From positions 7,192,001 to 7,256,000 of the forward strand of contig NC_043012.1 of the NCBI RefSeq assembly GCF_006345805.1: a DNA stretch of 64,000 bases. The letters run 5' to 3'. Below the pieces are notes generated by a model. The model searched no databases and had not been told where the DNA came from. It worked only from the letters and a program-made list of their open reading frames with translations. The stretch comes from Octopus sinensis (taxonomy: Eukaryota). Position numbers and translations under genes: made by a program. This document shows, one piece after another, positions 25,296 through 38,624 of the stretch. Position 1 is the stretch's first letter. Every line of letters begins with the position of its first letter.

Positions 25296-25667
25296 TACAT
25301 ACATATGTGTATGTGTATGTCTCTGTGTGTGGGTATGTGCATGTATGTATATATATATATGTAAATATGTGTATATATATATATGTATATGTATATATGT
25401 GTATATATATAGGTATATATATATATGTATATATATATGTATATAAATGAATGTATATATATATGTATATGTATATATGTGCATATATATAGGTTATATA
25501 TATTATATATATATATATATATATATGTATATAATGTACATATATGTGAATATATATGTATATATATGTATAATATGTATATATATAGATATATGTATAT
25601 ATATATATGTATATATATATATGTATATATATATATATGTATATATATGTATATGCATATATGTATA

Positions 25668-25723
<56 letters not shown>

Positions 25724-25735
25724 ATATATATGTAC
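25210..25735. repeat. (TA)n/(TATG)n microsatellite
   Basis: direct. Confidence 0.97.
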
Positions 25736-25814
25736 ATAGAGAGATCGAGACTAACTAGCATTTGAAGAGCTTTGGATACACAAACAATTTGATGGAAATC
25801 ATTTTGTATAACGT

Positions 25815-25983
25815 AGGCGCAGTGGTGGCTGTGTGGTAAGAAGCTTGCTTCCCAACCACATGGTTTCGGTTTCAGTCCCACTGCGTGGCACCTTGGGCAA
25901 CTGTCTTCTACTATGGCTTCGGGCCGACCAAAGCCTTGTGAGTGGATTTCATAGAGGGAAACTGAAATAAGCCTATCGTATAT

Positions 25984-26034
<51 letters not shown>

Positions 26035-26197
26035 AGTCCCTCCCACCATCGTTTAACAACCGATGTTGGTTTGTTTACGTTCCCGTAACGTAGCGGTTCA
26101 GCAAATGAAACCGATAGAATAAGTACCAGTTCTACAAAGAATAAGTCCTGGGGTCGATTTCTTCGACTAAAAGGCGGTGCACCAGCATGGCCGCAGT

Positions 26198-26200
<3 letters not shown>
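25815..26200 (+). mobile_element. SINE family A
   Basis: A consensus. Confidence 0.9.
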
Positions 26201-26237
<37 letters not shown>

Positions 26238-26724
26238 TGATAAACTGATCTTTATTGAAAGGGTCGGTTACTGTAGTGCATGGAGGACTGATTAGAACGC
26301 ATACAGTTATATGCACACATACATACGCACACATATATTCACACAAGTACATACACACACATACAGAGAGAGAAAGAGAGAGAAAGAAAGGGAGAGAGTG
26401 AGAGGGAGAGAAAGGGGGAGAGAAACTAGCAATTGAAGAGTGTTAGATGCACAAACAATCTGACATGGAAGTCACTATGGGCAACGTAAAAAGCGATATC
26501 AATCTCTCTCGACAGAGACAGAAAAAGATAATGAAATAAGAAAACAGAACACATTCAAAGTTATATTTGTTTTCATCATAAGTACGGTAAAAAGATGCAG
26601 GATGCTAAATAGATTACGGTGACCTCAGCTCATCTGAATCCATAAACAAGTAAACAAATTAAATCTTTTATTTGAAGAATGAAAGAAAATATAGTCAACA
26701 GATACTGGGATTTTGATACAGTAA

Positions 26725-26734
26725 TCATTATTAA

Positions 26735-26792
<58 letters not shown>

Positions 26793-26796
26793 GTTA

Positions 26797-26849
<53 letters not shown>

Positions 26850-26853
26850 GTTA

Positions 26854-26918
<65 letters not shown>

Positions 26919-26925
26919 GTTATTA
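26725..26925. repeat. (ATT)n microsatellite
   Basis: direct. Confidence 0.97.
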
Positions 26926-27367
26926 CATACATATATGTGTGTGTGTGCGTGTATAAATTTTTTAAGGGATTTTCAGTAAAGGATCTTCAAAAATCCCTGA
27001 GAATGGCATTGATTATCAATAGTCAGTAATGGAGAAATTCAAACAAATTCCTTACTAAAATCAAACTTATACAATATCACCAATGAATGCATTGTTAAGA
27101 TGGCGACATTCTTTCATCTAATTCTTTCTTCAGTTCTGATTATTCGCTAGGTAGCATTGTGTTATTCGTAGACCATTTTTTTTGTTTTTGTTTTATTCAT
27201 TTCTAACCAAGCATTAAAAGCGAGATATTATAGCGATAAAAGCCAATAAGGGCCAACAAGTGAACTGCATAATTTCACTTCTAAACAAGTGAACCCCTCT
27301 GTGGTCGTTTGACCAGCAAGAAATAGGAGTTAAATCTCTCATAAATCGCACACTTACTTCACTATAG

Positions 27368-27674
27368 GAGGAAGCACATGGCCTAGTGGTTAGAGAAGCA
27401 GACTCACGGTCGAGGGATTCGCGGGTTCGAATCTCAAACCGGGCGATGTGTGTGTTTATGAGCGAAACACCTAAGCTCCACGTGGCTCCGGCAGAAGGTA
27501 ATGGCGAACTTCTGCTGATTCTTTCGCCACAACTTTCTCTCACTCTTTCCTCCTGCATCTTGCAGCTCCCCTGCGACGGACCGACGTCCCGTCCAGGTGG
27601 GGAACCTATACGCCAATGAAACCGGGAAACCAGCTCTAATGAGTCAGGGATGGCTCGAGAAGGAACAAACAACA
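27368..27674 (+). mobile_element. SINE family C, full length
   Basis: TSD ACT(T/C)CACTATAG at 27356-27367 and 27675-27686. Confidence 0.92.
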
Positions 27675-28391
27675 ACTCCACTATAGAAAAATAGAGCTAA
27701 TAATACAAGAAAATTCAAACAAGTACGATGGGATGGCCATTGCTGGAACACACTTGATCATAAGTCTGTTTGACCAGGAATAATGTGGAGCTAAACAAGC
27801 ACAAGAACAATAAATGTAAAGAAGAATGAAAATATGATGTTTGGAATTGAATAAAAGGAACAAGGATAATATCTAAGCATTGTGACGTCAGTGGATGGTA
27901 GCAGAGGATAAAAGTGTTAGCAGTATTTAGTGACGTCCCATCTATTTCTGAGTTCAAGTCAGGTTCATCTTTCATCAATCGTAGATCGACAAACTAAGTT
28001 CCAGTTAAATTTTGAGTCGATATAATCGAAATAATAAATTCCTACATTACAGACACGAAGAAATCGAGAATTTCAACCAAGATTAGAATACAGTATTTAA
28101 TACCTCGGTCACAGTGTTGGCAGAGCAGTGAAAAAATTGCCAAACGGTATTTATATGGTCCTTTACAACCGGAGTTCAAAATCTTACTGAGATCAATTTT
28201 CCATTGCAGCCTTTTGAGTTAGATATGATAAAGTACCAGTCACGTACTACTGGGAATTTCTTACCAATTTTCAGGTCCTTTTTCGCACCTGTCGTTTAGC
28301 ATATTATCGTTCACGTAACAAGAGTGTAAATATTCGTTGTGTAAATTATTTCTACGTTTGTTTACTCTGTGAAAAAGAGCTCACACAACAC

Positions 28392-28792
28392 AGTTCTTTT
28401 CTATTCTAGACATAAGGCGCGAAACTTTGGGGGAGGGGACCAGTCGCTTACATCGACCCAGTACGCAACTGGTATTTAATTTACCAACCCCGAAAGGATG
28501 AAAGGCAAAGTCGACCTCGGCGGGATTTGAACTCAGAACATAAAGATAGACGAAATACCTATTTCTTTACTACCCACAAGGGGCTAAACACAGAGGGGAC
28601 AAACAAGAACAGACAAACGGATTAAGTCAATTATCTCGACCCCCGTGCGTAACTGGTACTTATTTAATCGACCCCGAAAGGATGAAAGGCAAAGTCGACC
28701 TCGGCGGAATTTGAACTCAGAACGTAACGGCAGACGAAATACCGCTAGGCATTTCGCCCGGTGTGCTAACGTTTCTGCCAGCACGCTGCCTT
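28392..28792 (-). mobile_element. composite: B2-tailed SINE inserted into a B1 SINE
   Basis: AGACGAAATACC duplicated at 28548-28559 and 28732-28743; B2 tail at 28560, B1 tail at 28392. Confidence 0.85.
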
Positions 28793-29099
28793 TCACACAA
28801 CGTAGTTTCCTTTCCCAAGTAACGTCGTTTCAATTCGCACTCGTGAATAATGCGTGAAATGCATGAGTGCTAGATAATCGCATTGAATTGTTTTACCCCT
28901 GCACGTATGTATACACACGTATATATACACACGTATGTATACATTACTTCGGGATGAATGTGAAATAATTCTATTTTGGAACATTGAAGCTTGAAGCATA
29001 TATATATATATGTAAAGCCATAAATAAACTTCAAAAGTCATACTCAATCCTTCCCGACAAAATTTCTGACCTTGTGTCTAAATTATAATCAGTGAACCC

Positions 29100-29480
29100 T
29101 GAAGGCATGTCTCTTGGCCTTTGTATGCTTTCCGTGATTGGTGAGACTGATGTGGTTAAGGTTCCGCTTGAGATTGCAAGAAAGACATATGCAGGGAGAG
29201 ATTTCCAGAGAATAGAGATTCTGACGCAGGAGAACTGAGTATAGTGGATATTTCGATGCCTGAGAAGGCAGACAGAACATTCGTAATGAGAAGGAAGACA
29301 GATGCCTGGCTGGTTGTGAAACAAAACCAGATAGAGCCGCGGAGCAAATAGCATTGTTAGAAAATGTAAAGAGATGAGACAGCACGTGTGGCGGATGGTG
29401 GAGAAGAACGGGTCGAACGTATTTGTGAGTTCGTGATAATTAGTCGTGAAGCTTCTCACTAGATGCAAAATAGTAGCAGC
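29100..29480 (-). mobile_element. decayed CR1/L2-like LINE 3' remnant
   Basis: RISILWKSLPAYVF resembles the (RT)..LWNSLP..VF ORF2 end. Confidence 0.45.
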
Positions 29481-30044
29481 ACATGAAAAGCTAACTACGC
29501 CATTCCATAAACAGAGATCGATAAAATAAGTATCAGTCTGATACAACTATTGGGGGTCGATATGATCGATTATAAAAACCATTGAAAGCTGTGTTTCCAA
29601 CATTGCTGCACTTAAGTGACTGATATCAGAGAAAGAAATAAAATTGTTTTCTACTCTGTTCTGTAATCTTCAGAACTTTCTGGTAAATGCAGTTTTATGT
29701 ACAGATATACCACCGGTGTTCCGGCAGCTGATGATCTGGTACCTCCTTTAATCCAAATAAATTTGGGAGGGAAACCAGAAATACCCGTGGCCACCAATCT
29801 AGTTCACTGCACGACCACAGATGGCGTTGTGTGTACTGTGTGTTTACATGCATTAATTACACTGCACTTGTTAATATCGATATCAAACTTTTGAGAGATC
29901 GTCTGCCTTTTTAGCTCAAAGTTACCCTTAGTCAGGTAAGGGTAACTGACTAAGTTACTCTTAGTCAGTTCTCTTCAACAGGTAGGAGAACTGAGAGCAT
30001 CAGCAGCAATGTCAAATGTAAGCACTTATCCATTTCGGTTTCAA

Positions 30045-30460
30045 ATTTTGACACAAGGCTAGGAATTATGGGGGATGGGTTAAGTCGATAACATCGACCA
30101 TAATGATCAATTCGTACTTATTTTATTGACCCCGAAAGGATGAAAGGCAAAGTCGACCTCGGCGGAATTTGAACCCAGAACGCAAAGACGGACGAAATGC
30201 CGCTAAGTTTTTTGCCCGGCGTGCTAACGATTCTGCCAGCTTGCTGCATTGTAAACACCAATCCATATCGATAACGTATAACTTGAAACGAAATTAATCG
30301 TGGTATTCTTTTCTACTCTAGGCACAAGGCCCCCAATTTTTTTTGTTTTTTTTGGTGGGTGGCAGTCGATTAGATCGACCCCAGTACGCAACTGGTACTT
30401 AGTTTATCGACCCCGAAAGGATGAAAGGCAAAGTCGACCTCGGCGGAATTTGAACTCAGA
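30045..30460 (-). mobile_element. two B1 SINE copies
   Basis: core motifs at ~30125-30180 and ~30405-30460. Confidence 0.85.
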
Positions 30461-31590
30461 GACGTTTGTAATTAGTATGTAATGTAGGTTTTTACTTGAG
30501 CTTCGTAGAACCCATCAAAGAAGAAGGATCGTTCATCCCGAATCAGCATCACTACCAGAACTATTATCACTACCACACTATTCAATCACGCAATAGACTT
30601 TAAAAAAATAATTAAATAATGATAATAAGCGTCTGGCATATGATAACATATGTAGCGGGCATGTACAGCAATCGTTTAATAAACAACAACCGTTTCCATA
30701 GAAGAATAAAATAAAGTAAAATGGAATGGAAAAAAAAAATTATTGGTTTGATCTTGTGCCAATGTAAGAAATCATTAAAACGAACTAAAGTTGACAATTC
30801 TGCTATTCAAGCGACCACCATTTTGAAAGGCAATATCGCAATGGTTTTATTTGTGTTGCAGTATTTATCCATCAATTAGTATTCAGCGCTGGTAATTGCT
30901 ACATATTGGAATTTCTTAATGCCGAATCACGATACTATCAGAGAGATTTTATGTCCAAGACAATCCAAACATTAAACTCTTATTCCGTTTTATTCTATTT
31001 TTGCAGCAGGGCGTGGCTTCTTGTTAATCTTTATATATTTTTATCGTTACTTTTCTCATTTTTCACGCTCGTTTTCCATATTTTTACATACTCATACACA
31101 CATATCTATAATGCTTGCATGTGTGTGTCTGTGTGCGTGTCTGTGTCTGTGTGCGTGCGCGCGTGTGTTGTGTTCAAACATACCATTTAGTAATTTGCCT
31201 TCATAAAATGTTCCCATCCATTGCCTTCGAGGCAAACAAAACATTACAACGCTTTGTGTAGGTGTGCGTGTGACTGTGTGAGCGTGTGTGTGTATTGTCA
31301 TGTGTATGTATGTGTGTGTGTGTTTTCTTATTTTTGTCACGTGTTTTGTATATTTGGCTTTTAAGTTGTCGATCGAACTAGTAATAAGCACTAAGATGTT
31401 TCCTCGGCGGACAGTTTTATCTGAATTTATCTCCGCCGGACCAAAAGAGGCACGCAAACTGACGAACACATCTAACAAAAACATACACACAAAAACACAT
31501 ATGCACGCGTACATTTATATTTACAAACGACGTGCATGCGTGTGTGTGTGTTCATGTATATACATATATATATATACAGACAGCCGACAA

Positions 31591-31685
31591 ACAGATAGAT
31601 AGATTGATAGATAGGTAGGTAGGTAGATAGATAGACAGATAAATAGATAGATAGACAGACAGACAGACAGATAGGTAGATAGATA

Positions 31686-31741
<56 letters not shown>

Positions 31742-31743
31742 AT

Positions 31744-31810
<67 letters not shown>

Positions 31811-31859
31811 AAGATAGATAGATAGATAGATAGACAGATAGATAGATAGATAGATAGAC

Positions 31860-31894
<35 letters not shown>

Positions 31895-31901
31895 TAGATA
31901 A

Positions 31902-31946
<45 letters not shown>

Positions 31947-31967
31947 CAGATAGATAGACAGACAGAC

Positions 31968-32018
<51 letters not shown>

Positions 32019-32037
32019 AAGATAGATAGATAGATAT
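31591..32037. repeat. (GATA/GACA)n microsatellite
   Basis: direct. Confidence 0.98.
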
Positions 32038-32970
32038 GTTTCTTTATTAGCCACACAGGGCTGCACACAGATAGAACAAATTACAAGGTAGTGTGCGTGC
32101 CTCTTTTGAAGGTAAAAAAATAATTTTAAAAAATAAATAAATAAATAAAATTTTAAAAAAAAGGGGGGGTCGATCAAAAGGGATCGTAAAAGGAGAGAAA
32201 GAGGACAAAAAAAGGGGGGGTTAAAAAAAAGGGGGAGAGGAAAAAAAATTGATCAATAGGGATCGTTATCACAGAAATGTCAATATGAAGTGTAAAGGGG
32301 AAGACAGGTGAGGTTTAGCCGTGGAAAGAAAAGCCTACGGAAAAGACCACGGTAACCTCGGTCAATGAAGTCACATGTTATATTTCTTTTTTTTTTTTTT
32401 GCAAATAAGCAACTCTCTGTATTAATTTTTACGGTTCATATAATCATAGTCAAGGTGGCTTCGTCATTCATACGTGCCATCCTTGCTACATTCACCCATC
32501 TTTTTTTAAAACATTCACTAGACAAAACTTGCCTCTCTACTCTCACTTTCCTCTTCAAGTGATACTTGAAGAAGTTGATGAGAGATTGACCAGAGAGGAA
32601 AGTGTTTGTCTCTAATCCTTTCAGGCGCGTCCACCAGATACATTCTTTCGCCATAGTCACAAGTATGATAAAAATAGCTCTTCCTTCCCCTTTGAAGGAA
32701 GGAGGCGTGACGATATTAACGATAGACTCGGCTGATAAACCGACACGTCCCACACGTGACAGCAGTCGTTCGACATAAGCCCACAGGTGGGAAATTGCTG
32801 GACACTGCACGATTGCGTGCAGAGCGGTTTCGTCGCTCTGCCCGCATCTCGGGCAGGTCGGCCCCGTGTTTCTCGAGCCATGCCTATAGAGCTTATCCCG
32901 AACGGGTAGCTTCTCGGTAGCACCGCCAGGCCAGGGATCTCTGGAAGTTGTCCATAGGTCCCGGGCCGAA
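32038..32970 (-). mobile_element. Tx1-type (L1-clade) LINE, 5'-truncated, inserted in (GATA)n
   Basis: DNFQRSLAWRCY..LPVRDKL..CPRCGQSDETALHAIVQC zf-RVT/CCHC end, homologous to 43070-43566; stop at 32436; tail GCAGCCCTGTGTGGCTAATAAAGAAAC. Confidence 0.9.
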
Positions 32971-33428
<458 letters not shown>

Positions 33429-33604
33429 TGTACACGTACACACAAGCATACATACACGTAAACACAAAATCACATGATGCTTGCATTCAGCAACACAATC
33501 ATACACCCGCACACATTTCACACGTTTTTACAAACATATCTACACACGAAGATGCACACATAAGTGCACCAAACACACATAAACACATCCACATCCACAA
33601 CCAC

Positions 33605-33645
<41 letters not shown>

Positions 33646-33884
33646 TCAATACTATGAAAACATTAAATGTTTAGGAAATAATTAAAAATAAATGACATCG
33701 ATCAGAATTCCATAGAAGTCAGCTCTCCATTTCTTTCCTTTCTTTTTTTCAAATAGATAATTAAACGAACACACACACACATGCACATATACATACATAC
33801 ATACATACATACATACATACATACATACATACATACATACATACATACATTCATGCATGCGTTCACCATGACATAATGGTTTCA

Positions 33885-34065
33885 AATTTGGGCACAGGGC
33901 CAGCAGTTTTCGGGGGATGGAGGAAGTGGTTACGTGATTCCAGCGTTCAACTGGTGTTTATTTTATTGACCCCGAAAGGATGAAAGGCAAATTCGACACC
34001 CGGTGGAATTTGAACTCAGAACGCAAAAAACAGACGAAACGCCGCTAAACATTTTGCCCGGCGTA
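33885..34065 (-). mobile_element. SINE family B
   Basis: core motif. Confidence 0.75.
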
Positions 34066-34194
34066 TGTAATATATATGTATATATATATGAATGTGTGTG
34101 TTCGTGCGTGTGTATTCGTATGTGTGTGTGTGTGTGATAGACGAGGATTACAGAAATTTGAAGTAGACATAAAGCACTTTATTGACTATATATA

Positions 34195-34353
34195 CTAGGG
34201 TGTGGCTGTGTGGTAAGTAGCTTGCTTACCGACCACATGGTTCTGGGTTCAGTCCCACTGCTTTCATCTTGGACAAGCGCCGCTCTCTATAGCCTCGGGG
34301 TGACGAAAGCCATGTGAGTGGATTTGGTAGACGGAATTTGAAAGAAGAGCGTC

Positions 34354-34398
<45 letters not shown>

Positions 34399-34693
34399 GA
34401 AATGAAGAAAATGTTGACAAAATAATTTAAGTAATTTAAGTAATTTAATTAGGTGAAAGTTCTTTTTACCGGTTGCGCATTTGTTATGCTTATCAAAAAG
34501 AGAGATAGAATTCTAAGAGGAAAAAATCTATCAGAAAGGAACTCTATCTCTCTTTTTGATAAGCATAACAAATGCGCAACCGGTAAAAAGAACTTTCACC
34601 TAATTAAATTACTTAAATTACTTAAATTATTTTGTCAGTATTTTCTTCATTTCCTTTTTTATATATCACAACTCGTGTTCCACATCTCCTTTT

Positions 34694-34753
<60 letters not shown>

Positions 34754-34895
34754 TGTGTGTCTGTTTGTCACCTCCCACCATCACTTGACAACCGAAGAAC
34801 TAAGCTTACAAAGGGTAATCCTGGGGGTTGATTCGTTCAACTAAAGGCGGTGCTCCAGTAAGGCCGCAGTCAACTGACAGAAACAAATAAAAGAA
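34195..34895 (+). mobile_element. SINE family A, split at its internal (TA)n
   Basis: 5' half 34195-34355, 3' half ~34750-34895. Confidence 0.85.
34394..34658. mobile_element. near-perfect hairpin element (120-bp arms, 25-bp spacer)
   Basis: 34394-34513 is the reverse complement of 34539-34658, 3 mismatches; TA-repeat flanks. Confidence 0.85.
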
Positions 34896-35227
34896 TAAAA
34901 AAAGAAGATGAAGACTGGTTGTGCAGTTAAGCATCTCGTTTTCCAACTACGTGGTTTCGGGTTCATTCCCGCATCGTGACACCTTGGACAAATATTCCCT
35001 ACGAGAGGCTCGGGCGGAGTAACGCCTTTTGAGGTTATTTGGTAACGGATACTGTGTGGTAGCTTGTTGTACATGGGATTGTGTATGGGTGGGTGTATGT
35101 GTGCCCTTTGAGGTTGTCTCCTCCACCGCCTGACAACCAGGATTGATTTGCTTTCGTCTGCGTAACCTAGCGGTTCAGAGAAAGATTTTCGATTGAATAC
35201 ATACCACACTTTAAAAATTTAATACCA

Positions 35228-35437
35228 GAAGGCAGCGAGCTGGCAGAAACGTTAGCACGCCGGGCGAAATGCTTAGCGATATTTCGTCTGTCTTTAAGTT
35301 CTGAGTTCAAATTTAGCCGAGATCGACTTTGTCTTTTATTCTGCCAGAGTCGATAAATTAAGAACCAGTTGTGTACTGGGGTCGATCTAATCGACTGGAC
35401 CCTGTCCCCAAGTTTCGCACCTTGTGCCTAGAGTAAA
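35228..35437 (+). mobile_element. B1 SINE
   Basis: head, core and tail. Confidence 0.85.
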
Positions 35438-35685
35438 AAAAAATAATAATAAATAAATATCAGACACGAATTGGGATGGTACTTCAGCGTGGCCTCTAAC
35501 CTTTGGTTGCAACAAGTTGAAACATATTTTCCATTATAAAAGTGGAATTTCTCGCACCAAAAATCCAGTATGAAATGCAGCAGAATTTGGAAAAATAGTG
35601 ACTATGTCTGAATGCTAACACTACATGTCTGCTCTATGTACTTCATCGCTGGTACGCCAGAAACTACGGTATACGTACGTACATA

Positions 35686-36045
35686 AAGGCGCAGGAGTGG
35701 TTGTGTGGCACACTGGGCAAGTGTCTTCTACTATAGCCTAGGGCCGACCAAAGCCATGTGAGCGGATTTGGTTGACGGAAACTGAAAGAAGCCCGTCGTG
35801 TGTATGTGTGTATATATATATGCATGTATTTGTTATTTGTGTCTATGTTTGTCCCCCCATCATTGCTTCACGTCCGATGCTGGTGTGTTTACGTCCCCGT
35901 ATACTAGCGGTTCGGCAAAAGTGACATATAGTATGTGTACTAGACCTACAAGAAATAAGTCCTGGGTTCGATTTGTTCGTCTAAACGTAGTGATCCAGCA
36001 TGGCCGCAGTCAAACGACTGAAACGAATGAAACAAAAAGAAAAAT
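35686..36045 (+). mobile_element. SINE family A with internal head deletion
   Basis: body and tail. Confidence 0.8.
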
Positions 36046-36369
36046 ACATACATACATAGACACGTACACACACATATACACATATATTACAAATAATACG
36101 ACTGGAATCCAGTTCAAACTCCACTTTTGCGGATACTCTAGAAACGATCTGGAGTAGTTTGTTATATTTGACCAGAGTCGAAAATTCTTGTATCTGGCAC
36201 TGTTTCTTTGTGTAACACGATGCGCGCGCGCGCGCGTGTGTGTGCTACGGGCTTCTTTCAGCTTGTCCAAGGTGTCAAACAGGGAGACTAAACTCAGAAC
36301 CATGTGATTGGGTAGGAAGCTTCTTACCACACAACCAAACACACAATATATTAACGTACAAACATCCAT

Positions 36370-36880
36370 ATATGGGCATGACTGATCTCGATTACTGGGA
36401 TCACCTTAAAGCCTTGAAACTCTACTCTCTCCAGCGCCGCCGTGACCGGTACATCATTTGCACGATGTGGAGAATATACCGCCAGTATTGCCCAAATGAC
36501 CTAAACATTAGTTTCAAGGTTCATCCAAGGCTGGGACCACGGTCTATACGCACCCTACCCAATTCAAGATCATAACATATAGGTACACACCGACACAATT
36601 TCTTTTCCTCAACAGGCCCTGTCCTGTTTAACATTGTCCCCAAACTGATCAAAGACGAAAAGGATCCCATCCCCTTTAAGCGGAGTCTGGACAAATTTCT
36701 TCAAGGAATACCATATAAGCCACCCATACCTGGATACAACTCACTCAACAAGAACTCACTACTTGAATGGACCATGATACCCAAAAACTTGACTTAAAAA
36801 GTATTTAGATAATCCTATCATGTGGTGCTATTAAGTTAGACATGGCCTGAACCAATCTTTGGTCGGAACATATCTAAGTT
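36370..36880 (+). mobile_element. CR1/L2-group LINE 3' fragment
   Basis: LDYWDHLKALKLYSLQRRRDRYII..WRI..PN..GP.LFN.VP..FKRSLDKFL. Confidence 0.85.
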
Positions 36881-37017
36881 TATATATATATATATATGTA
36901 TGTATGTATATAAAGTTCAGCAAAAATTTAGACTCAAATGAATATGGGGCTTAAGTTGAGGCACCAGAATTTAGTACAGTATTATCCATGCAATTTCAAA
37001 GTAAGGTAATTTAAATT

Positions 37018-37260
37018 AAAATAAGCAACAAGGATATCCAGAGGTAATGCTGTACGATCGTTTCACGCAACTCCATCTAATTGAAAAATGAAATCATTAC
37101 ATCAATTTACAATGCAGAGCAATTCTCAGCTGCACAAAGACATAGAATTTAATTAAATTAGAACAAATGGACACATTGATGTAATGATTTCATTGTTCAA
37201 TTAAATGGAGTTGCATGACACGATCATACTGCATTACCTCTGGATATTGTTGCTTATTTT
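37018..37260. mobile_element. MITE-like fold-back with ~87-bp arms
   Basis: 37018-37106 is the reverse complement of 37175-37260 (~90%). Confidence 0.75.
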
Positions 37261-37704
37261 GATATATATATATACACTCAATACGCTTACATATATGCAC
37301 TCATTTGTGTGTGTATGTGTGTGTGTGTGTGTGAGTATTACTTATGAATATCTTTACTATTTTAATCATTATAAAATTATAAAATTGCAAACTACGTATT
37401 TCCCAGCTGCCAACTGAAATATAAACATAATCTAAACATTACGACGCAAAACAATCCAACAACGATTGACTGAACAAAAATACGAGCGATTATATCAGAG
37501 AACAAAACATAACTATTTTTACCCTATTCACACCAAAATAATCGGATTTGCAATCTATATTTATCCACAATAACATGTATTCGTAGTTTTACGGGTAATC
37601 TGTAACTTAATATAATAGAAGCAGATCTAAAGAAATTATTGGAAGTTTCCAGCTTCACAAAGACATTCATTGTGTAGACAAAGTATAACCTTTTATCGTT
37701 TAAT

Positions 37705-38277
37705 TTTTACTCGTTGTAATCATTGGACTGCGGCCATGCTGGAGTACTGCCTTGCAAGGTTTAATCGAACACATTGGCACCTGTTTTTTGTTTATTTGTA
37801 TATTCTTTACTTATTTTGTTCTTAGCTTGGTACTTATACTAGCATCCTTTTTTGCAAAATGCTAAGTTACAGGGAAATAAACAAACAAACACCAGCTGCC
37901 AAACGGTGGTGTGGGACAAACACACACATATATACACTATATATATATATATACATTATATATGTATACACATTATATATATACATACATTATATATGCA
38001 TACACATACATGATATATATATATATATATTATATATATATATATATAATATATATATTATACACATTATATATACAGACAGACAGATAGACATAGGAAC
38101 GCACACACACCACACACATATATGTATATATATATATATATATGACGGGCTCCTTTCAGTTTCCGTCTACCAAATCCACTCACAAGCCTGTGGTTGTCTT
38201 GGGGATATAGAATGAGACATTTACCCTCGGTGCCATGCGATGGCATTGAACCCAAAACCACGTGACTGGGAAGCAAA
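37705..38277 (-). mobile_element. SINE family A with expanded internal microsatellite
   Basis: reverse complement of the A consensus. Confidence 0.8.
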
Positions 38278-38400
38278 ATATAAAATGATAATAAAGAAAA
38301 GTCACCTCAATGCAACTACGTATCGCTTTGCAAGATGTTCACAAATACTTCAGGTATTAGGTTCCGGAGTATTAATTTATTGATTGGTATAATTAATTTG

Positions 38401-38460
38401 CGGTGAAGTGGCAGAATCGTTAGCACGCCGGGGGAATGCGTAGCCGTATTTCGTCTGCCG
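38401..38460 (+). mobile_element. 5' part of a B2 SINE (host of the Tx1); continues at 43815-43998
   Basis: SINE TSD GGTATAATTAATTTG at 38386-38400 and 43999-44013. Confidence 0.92.
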
Positions 38461-38624
38461 CGCATGTGTTCGTGAAGTAAGAATTGCTGTTTCGTGGTGT
38501 TAATATTGTTAACAACTGTTGTTTCTTGTTAAACTGTTGAATAACTTAACTGTTGGAGTTTTCAATTGAAAACACTTAGTGCTTGTGGTAGCACGCGTTG
38601 TTCATTCCCCCTTTGGGGGGAAGA

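Noticed and set aside
29697-29894. Protein-like 65-aa ORF
   Set aside because: No recognisable motif or convincing donor site
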